Origin: Octopus sinensis
Taxonomy: Eukaryota
Reading direction: 5' to 3'
Assembly: GCF_006345805.1 (NCBI RefSeq)
Contig: NC_043013.1
Location: forward strand, 51,460,001 to 51,524,000
DNA: 64,000 nt
Below the pieces are notes generated by a model, which was not told the origin of the DNA, did not search any database, and saw only the letters and a program-made list of their open reading frames with translations. Within the stretch, counting starts at the first letter, position 1, and every line of letters begins with the position of its first letter. The position numbers were made by a program, and so were the translations under genes. This document shows positions 53,325 through 64,000 of the stretch, one piece after another.

Positions 53325-53414
53325 TGAGGGAATATTATTCCTAACTTACAGGGAAAAATTCAATTTAGAAATACTAAATCAAATTTCACTAAATATAACA
53401 TATATATATATAAA

Positions 53415-53664
53415 AAATTAGAAAAAAACACCATTTATCAATTCAAAATGAACAATTAAATTACACCATTTACAAAATTACATATAATAGAAATACTAAA
53501 ATGAAAATAACAATAATATACCGATGGTTAAGTAAATTGCAAAATAATAATAAAAACGTACATATTTGCTATATATTATATTATATTTATATTATATGTA
53601 ATTTTCTAGATGGTGTAATTTAATTGTTCATTTTGAATTGATAAAAGGTGTTTTTTCCTAATTT
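53415..53664. repeat. inverted repeat (74-bp arms, ~100-bp spacer) in a PLE-like fragment
   Basis: aaattagaaaaaaacacc...ttacatataat pairs with attatatgtaat...ggtgttttttcctaattt. An un-inverted single copy is at 22380-22520. Confidence 0.85.
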
Positions 53665-53689
53665 ATATATATATAATATATATATATAT

Positions 53690-54096
53690 AGTGGCTGTGT
53701 GGTAAGTAGCTTGCTTACAAACCACATGGTTCCGGGTTCAGTTTAACTGCGTGGCACCTTGGGCAAGTGTCTTCTACTATAGTCTCGGGCCAACCAAAGC
53801 CCTGTAAGTGGATTTCGTAGACGGAAACTGAAAGAAGTCTGTCGTATATATATGTATAATACATATGTATGTGTGTGTGTATATGTTTGTGTGTCTGTGT
53901 TTGTACCCGCCAACATCGCTTGACAACCGATACTGGTGTGTTTAGGTCACCGTCACTTAGCGGTTCGGCAAAAGTGACCGATAGAATAAGTACTAGGCTT
54001 ATAAAAAAATAAGTCCTGGGTCGATTTACTCGACTAAAGGCGGTGCTCCAGCATGGCCACAGTCAAATGACTGAAACAAGTAAAAGAATAAAGAAT
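53690..54096 (+). mobile_element. family B CORE-type SINE, full length
   Basis: gtggctgtgtggtaagtagcttgc...atgactgaaacaagtaaaagaataaagaat. Confidence 0.9.
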
Positions 54097-55269
54097 AATA
54101 CATATTTAGATAGATAGATAAATGGATAGATAGATGTGTGTCTGTGTATGTGTGTGTGCACGCGTGTCTTTATGCCTGAGTCTATCTCCGTCACCGCTCG
54201 ACAACCAGTATTGGTGCTTTTACGTCCACGTAACACAGCGGTTCGGCAAAACGGTTGGATAAAATAAATACTAGGCTTACTAGGAAAAAAAAAAAAATTA
54301 TTAACTTCCAACGGAAGTTAGTCTCAAAGGGAGGAAATGTTGTGGCGAGAGTCATTGACTCCCCCTGGGGTTTGTCAGAATGGACTAGCCGAACCCTTAT
54401 AAAGAGTAGAGCTCGGTATGAATCGTTGTTTGGGCGTCTTGGGGGTCTCACGAAGTACGTCGTGTGAACACATTAATTGAACCCCCACGGCGTAATTTAT
54501 ACATCCAACGTGTGGCTAGGATATAATAAAAAACAAGCCCGACGGTCTACTTGTTCGATGAAAATCGTTCAGGGTGGTGGTCCAGCATGGCCGCAGTCAC
54601 AATCGGCGAGAATTAGTAAAAGATAAACCAATGGTTTTTCAAGGTTAACGTTCCTCAGATTACACATGGGTTCAAGACGCTCGAACGTAGTTTGAGTGAG
54701 AAATGAGGACAATTTCTAGCATATCTAGTGGCCACACAGTGCCTACCGCTGTTAAGGCTGCTTCTGTAATAAACTTTAGGAAATCCGTGGTACGTAAATC
54801 TTCAAAACAATTATCCTGTTTACACAATGCTTCTAGCTAAGCTTCAAGCAAATTACACGTCTTTGAAATGTATGTGTGTATATATGTGCATGTGTGACTG
54901 CGTGTATGCATTCGTGAAGACTTGTGTATATGCGCACGTGGACGTGTGTGTGTGTGAGGTGTAGTTCAATTATTCCTTGACTGGAGCTCATAAATCAACT
55001 CCAATTTTCTGTTAGGTGACTCGCACTTTCAGTACAAAACATTCAAGAAGGAAGGGCGAATTCGACACAAGCAGAATCTGAATTGAAAACACAAGCAAAT
55101 GTGATGAATATATTTCGCGACCATTTCGTCTGTCGCTCAACCAATCCTAATGATTTTCTCAAGAATTTCTCTGAGAATGTAAGTGCGGTTTTCTTTCTGT
55201 TTATATATTTATTTCTGCGTACATTTAAATATTAGCACGTGAATATACTGTATGGGCGTGTGTGTGTGT

Positions 55270-55326
55270 GTACAGTAGCATGTATGTATATAAGTATGCA
55301 TGTATGGATGTATCTATATATGTATG

Positions 55327-55360
<34 letters not shown>

Positions 55361-55731
55361 CGTATGTATGTATGCATATGTATGTATATATGTATGTATA
55401 TATGTATGTATATAAGTATGCATGTATGTATGTATATTTATATATATGTATGTATGTATGTATGTTTGTCTAAATGTATGCCATTATTCAGTTTATTTCA
55501 AGATTCTTTGCAAATAGAAAAAGAACCGGTTTCTAACCTACATCCAAGATTCCTTTATTGGAATTTCAACATCAACAACAGGGCATTATTGTATGTATGT
55601 ATGTATGTATGTATGTATGTATGTATGTGTCTATTTAAGTATGTCTGTATGTCTATATGTTTGTATGTGTGTTTGTATGCATGTATGGTTCTATGTATGC
55701 GTCTATGTATATCTATATGTATGTGTATATA

Positions 55732-55766
<35 letters not shown>

Positions 55767-55910
55767 GTATATTTGTATGTATGTATGTATGAATGTATGC
55801 ATGTTTGTTTGTATGTATGTATGTTTGTATGTATGTATGCATGTATGTATATATGTATGTATGTATGCATGTTTGTATGTATGTATGTATGCATGTTTGT
55901 ATGTATGCTA
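55270..55910. repeat. (TATG)n array with the embedded ~95-bp cassette (55485-55590)
   Basis: Read directly; the cassette matches 5995-6085. Confidence 0.9.
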
Positions 55911-55985
55911 GCATATCCGATTGTGTGAAGATGTTTCATTGAAATGCTCCAAAAAATTCTTCATTGTAGTTGTGTATACGTAACA

Positions 55986-56031
<46 letters not shown>

Positions 56032-56470
56032 GTGCGTGCATGCGAATCGGTGTATGTATGAACTTTTGTGTTTGTGGCTACGAAAGCCTTAGTACGTATT
56101 ACCGTGCGCATATGCGCGTACATATCGACAGAATCAAACGCTAATTCGTGTATTCATGTAAATGCATTTTTGCATCTCAGTTCATACGTTTTTGCGTTTA
56201 GCAGGGTACGTGTACGCGTTGCTCTTTCTCATTCTACCCCACCCCATCGTATATGCATGTCGCTCTGTTTACGCACGTACGTACGTATGTATGTATGGAT
56301 GTATGTATGTATGTATGTATAGATGGATGGATGGATGTGTGTATACATGTATGCATGGATGTGCGCACGGTTCTATGTAAATTTGGCCTTCGGCGTGACA
56401 GGTTTCATAGATGAATATTTAAATATATAGCACTGTTTGACAGTATGTGTATTACAGAGTATATATATAG

Positions 56471-56503
<33 letters not shown>

Positions 56504-57184
56504 CGTGCGTGTATGTGTGTGTGTTATACTTATATTTACATCAATACATACACAAACAGATGCATGCCAATGCTTGGATGTGTGGATACATATCCATATA
56601 CACATTCACACACACACGCACATATATATGCATACATGTAGAATTGCTTTTGTATGTATGTATGTATGTATGTATGTATGTGCGTGTGTGTGGAGGTATG
56701 TGAATAAGTGTACGATTCCAGAGAGAGAGAGAGAGATCGTTGCGATAGCAGCACATGTGAATGTAGAAGGAAGATAAGATAAATAGAATTATTTGTTCTA
56801 AAGAATGAATTATTTCACGTCTTGGAAATAAATGGAGAATATTTCGCAAAAAGTAAGGCACACAACATTACTGCTACAACTACTACTACTACATTACTAA
56901 AGATAACAACAACAACAACAAAAACAACAACAACATCAGCAACAATTATAATAATGATAATGATAATAGAGATTTCTACTAGAGACACAAGGTCTGAAAT
57001 ATGAGGGGGGGGAATAGCCGATTACATGGACCCCAGTGTTTTACTGGTACTTAATTTAACGACCCCCGAAAGGATGAAAGGCAAAATCGACGACGGTGGA
57101 ATTTGAACTCAGAAACTAACGACACACGAAATACACTAAGCATTTCGCCCGGTGTGGTATCGATTCTGCCAGCTCACCGCCTTA

Positions 57185-57186
57185 AT

Positions 57187-57278
<92 letters not shown>

Positions 57279-57282
57279 CGAT
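57185..57282. repeat. (AAC)n microsatellite
   Basis: Read directly from the sequence. Confidence 0.97.
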
Positions 57283-57289
57283 AATAATT

Positions 57290-57800
57290 TGATGTAGTAC
57301 CAGGCAGTGGCACTCACTGTTTCTATTCTTAACTGATTGGAAGTGTTATCATGTACATGTTTTGTCTTGGTATAAAAGATGGGCTACAGCAAATATTCTG
57401 CTCAATACCACAGATTTGCTTGTCAGTTGTTTGACCGTAACCAGTTGAGCATGTCCCTTAGTGACTGACGATATATTTGCATCTCTGATCAAGTTCGGAA
57501 CTGGTGGGGGAGCATCATAATCATGTGATGAGGAGAATTCTTTAGGGTTTGAACAATTCATCTCTGGAAACATGAGTGTTTCACTCAGCATCCTTAAACA
57601 ACCATTATTCAGGGACCCCGGCCTCATCTGCAAGGTTATGCACTGTTTATCTTGATATGAGATTACCATGTTCCGCACGTATGATTGTGAAGCATGTGCC
57701 TGGTGGACCCTTATCAGACGGGTAGTCATGATAAGTACATTGGGCTTTCGTATATTTGTACTTTAGTGTCACTTTGATAGCTTTTGCTGCTCTCCTTTCT
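57290..57800 (+). mobile_element. family C retroposon, diverged
   Basis: gatgtagtaccaggcagtggc...gtgtcactttgatagc matches 360-820. Confidence 0.8.
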
Positions 57801-58149
57801 ACTATACGCATAGTTCTTGACATTTTTAGAGAGGGGGCTAGTCGATTATGCCGATCCCAGTACTCAACTGATACTTATTTTATCGACCCCGACGCAATGA
57901 AAGGTAAAGTCGAACCACACCACCTAATCCTTTAACAATTCCGCTAATCCACTCACTTCATTACTACATTTTTTGTCTGCTCCGAAAGGCTCAGCGACAA
58001 AACTGTCCTCAGCATGATTTGAACTTTCAGCGCAGAGAATTTAAACAGATATCGGCAGATACAAACGTCAGCACTGTAACCACGTCGGCCAATTTGTATG
58101 TACATTCTCACTACAACACATACGCACGTATCAAAAAAATTCATGCTGA

Positions 58150-58800
58150 TTAAAGAAAATTTTGGTCTCAAATTTTGGTACACGACCAACAGTTTCGGGG
58201 AGTGGGAGTAAGACGACTTCATCGACCCAAGTGGTCAGCCGGTACTTATTTTACCGATTCCAAAAGTATGAATGGCATGGCTGACTTCGCGGAATTTGAA
58301 ATGAAAACGTAAAGATGGATGAAATGTCGTGAAGTAATTTGTCTGGCGTGCCAACTTTTCTGACAACTCACACAAGACCAGCAATTTGGAAGAAGATAGA
58401 TCGATCATATCGATCCCCCGGTGTCCAATTGGTATTTATTTTATCTACCCCAAAAGGGTAAAGGACAAAGTCGACCTCGGTGGAATTTGAACTCAGAACA
58501 TAACGACGGACAACATATTTTGACCGGCGTGCAAACGGCTTTGCTATCTCGACGCCCTGATTGGGGGAAAATATTGGTTTTAAATTCTTAGCTTAAGGCC
58601 AACAGTTTCCTGGGTGGGTGGAAGTCGATTGCATCGACCACATTGCTCAACTAGTATTTATTTTATCGACCCTGAAACGATTAAAGGTAAAGTCGACATA
58701 GGCGGAATTTGAACTTAGAACGTAAAGGTAGACGAAATACCGCATAGCATTTTATCCGGCGCGCTAACACTTCTGCCATCTCATCATTTTGATTGAGGGA
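58150..58800 (-). mobile_element. three diverged family A SINE units in tandem
   Basis: The gtcgac...ggaatttgaa unit occurs at ~58290, ~58470 and ~58700. Confidence 0.75.
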
Positions 58801-59327
58801 AGTACTAATCGTCAAAATGGTTGTATTTGGAATAATTTTTTGTATAGATATACAATAAAAAGAAAGAGAAAGTCATGATAAAACAGTTTTCGAAACAACG
58901 GGAGTCTATTCCAACTCAAGTGGTCTAACGTTCAAATTTGCTTTAAAAATCCCAACAGTGATAGACATATCGCTTACGAAATTCACGTCAAAATATTTCA
59001 AAAGATAAAGATAAATTCTAGTCTTTTAATAATGTAGAAAGACGTGCAAATATTCAGTCAAAATGTTTAGTAAAATACTGTCTCAGATAAATGTTTAAAC
59101 AGATGGTGTATAATACTTGCCGGATCTTATTTGAAAAATTTAACTAAATTATTTATTGTACCCGTTTATGCAGACGACAAAACGGAATCTGAAAAAGAGT
59201 TTACATTTCAAATATTAACTGCTAAAAGAATGTTTTCGATTTAATTTCTGCCATCTAAGCTAGCGATAGAGTTTTTAAAAACAACGAAACTGAGATTAAA
59301 TTCATACTCGCAATATGTTCTGTTTGA

Positions 59328-59366
<39 letters not shown>

Positions 59367-59589
59367 CGGACATACGCGCACACGAGTATACACATAGATA
59401 TATTCTTTTATGCTTTTATTCTTTTACTTCTTTCAGTCATTTGACTGCGACCATGCTGGAGTACAAACTTTAGTCGAACAAATCGACCCCAGGACTTATT
59501 CTTTGTAAGCTTAGTACTTATTCTCTCGGTCTCCTTGGCCGAACAGCAAAGTTACAGGGACATAAACACAACAATATCGGTTAAATCTG

Positions 59590-60640
59590 AAATTACACAT
59601 TCAAATTACTTATTAATTGTTATAATGTGAATATCTGATATTTAGTAGACATGCTCTTTACATTTTTCAATGCAAAGACCCTATTAGTCTGATCAGATGA
59701 CAAATATTCAATTGAGAAATTTGTTGCCAAGTTTCATGCAGGAATCACAAAAGATCTGGATTTGGGGATGCTTTCTAGTTCTTTTTATGAAGTCTTGTCC
59801 ATTATGCTCCAAAGGTATTCAAAAAGGCTCATATCTAGTGACTGGCTTGGCCATGGAAGATTTTTAATCCCATTCTCTTCCAACCAATCTTGGGTCTTTT
59901 TAGCTGTGTGACAAGGAGTCCCATCTTCCATAAAGTCTTCTTTAATCATTTGAGCACTTGAGAAGATTGGAAGGAGTCTTTCCTGCAGAATGGACTCATA
60001 TTTATCTGAGTTTTTATTTTTCCCTCACACTCCACCGGCTCTGATTGACCTTTGCTCCAAATTACTTCTCAAACCATTACAAAATTGTTTGATTTTTGGC
60101 TACCATCTTTTCACGTCAAATTCTTAATCAGTGTCTCTAGATACTCACTGACCACTGTCAGAAAATACAGCACATCTGGAGTCATCAGAGAATATGACAT
60201 TATCCCAGAATGCTACTGGCCTCTCCACCATCTCATTAGCCCAGTTTTTCTCTGCTTCATATTGACTGGTCGAAGAAGTGGCTTCTTTTTTCTTGATCTG
60301 TCATAATAGCCAAGTTTGTGGAGATACCTGACAGCTGTTCTGGGACTGAAATCAACCTGTTCTGCCGTGACAGAAGCCTTGCAACGAGGATTATCCTCCA
60401 CACCTCTCTTAGCAAAGTGAAGGATCCTGTCAGAGGGCTCTGGTCAAACCTGGTGATTTGCACAATAGCTCTAGTTAGGATAGAAAGCAGGATCCCAAGG
60501 TTTTTCTGCGATTTTACGCTAAGTCCATCTTCTGACTTTCTCACAATAGGGCCACCTTGAAATTCGGACAGTTCCAAGGTTTCTTTTATATGGGACATGA
60601 TTAAACAGTTACATATCGAACATGAATCATAAAAATGTCA
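59590..60640 (-). mobile_element. Tc1-family DD34E transposase pseudogene
   Basis: MSHIKETLELSEFQGGPIV..., GYY.RS.KKKPLL, MEDGTPCHTAKKTQDWLEENGIKNLPWPSQSLDMSLFEYLW (34 residues between D and E); several frameshifts; TIRs not resolved. Confidence 0.88.
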
Positions 60641-60759
60641 ATTAATTAAAAAGATATAAACATTTTCTGGTTAAAATGAACATAAAACGATGTTTTATAG
60701 GGTGTTTTTACGTCTCTTTCCTGTCATGTCTGACTACACTGTCTATAAATATATATCTA

Positions 60760-60942
60760 CACACACACACACACACACATGTATATATACACTGCAGGTT
60801 TACTTTCCATTTACCAAACCCACTCACTAGTCTTTGGACGGCCGATGCTATAGTAGAAGACACCTGCCCAAGGTTCCACGCAATGAGACTGAACCCGAAG
60901 CCATGTGGTTGGGAATCAAGTTTCCTATCACACCACTGCGCC
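60760..60942 (-). mobile_element. family B SINE 5' part
   Basis: Reverse complement of the family B head and CORE-like region. Confidence 0.75.
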
Positions 60943-61094
60943 TGCACCTATCTCTACATTTGTATACTGAGAGACAATTGCCATAATATCTCATAAATAA
61001 AAGTCATTCTTACTTTCCATATTTATTTTAATGAAGATATTTACACATTCAATATACAATACACAACATCTGTTCTCCAGTACGAAGATCGACG

Positions 61095-61138
<44 letters not shown>

Positions 61139-61149
61139 CACAACACATA

Positions 61150-61270
<121 letters not shown>

Positions 61271-62135
61271 TAGGCATATATATATGTGTGTTTATGCATG
61301 TATATATATATATATATATATATGAATCTGTGTTCGTGTTGAAGAATATGTTATTCATGCATACAGGCATATATATATACATACATATATGTTCATGCAT
61401 ATATACACATATACAATTACATAATAAATATGTCTGTACGTGTGCGCGTATTTGTGTATGTGTGTGTGTGTGATCCCTAAATATTATATCTTCCAAATGT
61501 CTAAAATGAAATATAACCTCATACAAAAGTTATACAAAGCAAATCTACAAATCACAAACTTGAATAAAATCTATTAACCTCAACTTTGGAAAGACATTGA
61601 TCATGTTTCAATTGATATCCATTTGCAAATGTCGCCTGTTTAAATGAAAACAAATCAAAATATTTGAACGATAAATAAACGCTATCAACGAACGCTTATA
61701 AATCTAGTTAAAATCGGAATATAATACACTGGATTTGACACATCAAGAAAAAACCCGACGACGACAGGTATAAGCAGACGTTAACATAAAACCCGATATA
61801 AATATATATTTCATATTGAGCATGCAGGATTTAGAACTGAATAACGGTGCGTCTCCCAAGTATGATTGCAAATATATTCAGTTGTAATGTATATAGAGTA
61901 TATTTTCCACTTGGTTTAGTTAGTGCACTGCAGTCTTGCTGGGGCACCACTACGGAGGGCTTAGTCGAACAAATAAATATCTTTTAAAATTCGGTTCTTA
62001 TTTTATCGGAGACATTTATCAAATCACTACATTACAGGAATATAAACAGGCCAACAATATACGGTCGAATGTTATGGGAACAAAGGGATAGAAACACATA
62101 GACACCCACACATACATATATATTCCCACCACAAG

Positions 62136-62181
<46 letters not shown>

Positions 62182-62209
62182 CTATATATATATATATATA
62201 TATATATCA

Positions 62210-62500
62210 ACTGGCATTCCGTCAGTTACGATGAAAAACGTTCCAGTTGATCCTATCAACAGGGCAGCCTGTTCGTGCGTGAAATTGACATGCAAGTCGT
62301 TGAGCACTCCAAAGATACACGTACCATTAACGTACTTCTCAGAGAGATTTAGCGTGACACAAATTGTAGCATGACTAGCCCTTTGAAACACAGGTACTAC
62401 TCATTTGTGCCAGCCGACTAAACGAGAGAAACGAGAAATAAAGTGTCTTGCTCAAGGACACAACGCGCCGCGGGGTATCGTACTCAACCCTTTACGATCC
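62210..62500 (-). mobile_element. SINE: family E-like head and CORE motif joined to the family D type 1 tail
   Basis: Reverse complement has gttgtgtccttgagcaagacacttt, then gtcacgctaaatctctctgagaagtacgttaatggtacgtgtatc...tgacggaatgcc, which matches 12955-13097. Confidence 0.7.
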
Positions 62501-62539
62501 TGAGCCGATCACCCAAAATATTAAGCCACGCAATTTCAT

Positions 62540-62573
<34 letters not shown>

Positions 62574-64000
62574 GTGTGTGTGTATGTGTGTATGCACAAA
62601 TTCATACATACGGCAACGGTTGGTCCTGGTTTAGAGCACAAAGTGCTTGCCCATGGTGCTGAACACTGGGAATGAACCCAAATCTGTGCGATTGCAAAGT
62701 GAGTTTATTAACCGCAGTATACAATGATGTTTGAATGCTAGCCACATGCAATTTGTCATTTCATGTGGCATAATTACATACATGACAACATATACATACT
62801 ACAAGTACTGATGTCTCCATAAGTATACTCATATGTTTGCATGTACAGATTTCATGGCGGATTAAACCAAGTGAACTTCCATGTATTGGTTCTCTACAAC
62901 ATTCTTAACACTATCCAATATGCTGTCCCTTATACTGTAGGGTTCTTTTGTTCTGCGTATTCTTAGATATTCCTAAGGGCATCAAAATACATGAAATTCT
63001 TTAATAATATTTAATTTATCATTTTTCGATTTGATTGAAAGAATGATATCGCAATGCACACCCCACATTATATATTCACTCCATACGTGGCCTTTTGTAA
63101 CTACAGAAATCTACCCTGTCTGTCACTCAGAAGACATTTTATTTCTAAAGTAGTTATAAATAGCGCATCGGCATCATGCCCGGTCAGTACTAAAAGGAGT
63201 TACACATGACTCGCGGCAAACAATTTCAACATTTGTAAATTTCAACATTTACCCCCGTTCACATGAAAGGAGAAGGTTGTTTCCATATAATTACCTCATT
63301 TTTTCTGGAAATGAGAAAATGGATCGACACAGAAAGCAATACGTTTGAACGAGCTGCAGTAACACGAGAATCGATGTCAAAACCACGTCCATATTCATTA
63401 AATTCTGAAACTGCAAAATTATTAATGTCAAACAGAGAAATTTGGTATTAATACAGTCAACAAGATCATTTGATCGACCGACATGTCTTTATTGTAGAAG
63501 ATTTTAGTCCGATAACTATCATTTATCGGACAAACCAGAGTCTTCCTATTCGAAACCAAAGTAAACTGATTTAACAGTTGTCATGGTGTACTGGTACCTT
63601 AGCACCACGGCCATTTATGCTGGCATTTTATGTTTCCATATATTCAACCTAGTAATCCATCTCGTTCAATCAGTATCTGTCAAGTTCGCGCATTGCGGAA
63701 TAGCTGTCGTAAAACATCATTCTTTCACTAAATATTACCCGATTAGTCAACCGTATAATGAGCGAATAAAAGTGTGAAAAACAATAAATCATCTTTTTTC
63801 CAAAATCACAAAGTTCCAACTTCTGTCCCAGTGCGTATTAACTCGGGAAAGTGTAATTTGACTATAGTCCTGGGCAGACCAAATCCTTTTAGTGTATTTG
63901 GTAGACGAAATCTGGAAGAAGCACGTCGTGTAACTTTTTTTTTTTCAGTTATTACCTAAAATAATATTTTACAGAATGTCACCAACCTTTAGGTTGGTGA

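Overview
This is AT-rich, non-genic eukaryotic DNA dense in repeats and microsatellites. The SINE families and (TA)n/(ATCT)n/(TATG)n/(AAT)n load look like an Octopus genome (inference from my recall of the repeat families, not a database search). No host gene can be called confidently; the best candidate is one 235-nt exon at 16544-16778 (-). Nearly all ORFs in the supplied track are microsatellite translations. Recognisable elements: many tRNA-derived SINEs, a CR1-type LINE 3' end, an internally deleted Tx1/L1-type LINE, four R4/Dong-like 3' fragments in (AAT)n, a near full-length DD41D (rosa-like) element, a DD34E Tc1 relic, a mariner relic with an internal inversion, a Tigger-like MITE holding a 90-bp-arm hairpin, a 1.2-kb tandem duplication and Penelope-like (PLE) fragments. 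The most notable signal is a set of minimal type I hammerhead ribozyme (HHR) motifs from several unrelated sequence families, with palindromic helix III, in (TA)n-embedded PLE-like fragments. Most sit in fold-back inverted repeats. These are either head-to-head HHR pairs (28.9, 40.0, 48.8 kb) or fold-backs centred on the presumed helix II (29.3, 32.6, 42.5, 49.0 kb), which suggests hairpin self-priming of PLE cDNA at the ribozyme. All folds were read by eye; none was computed or tested.
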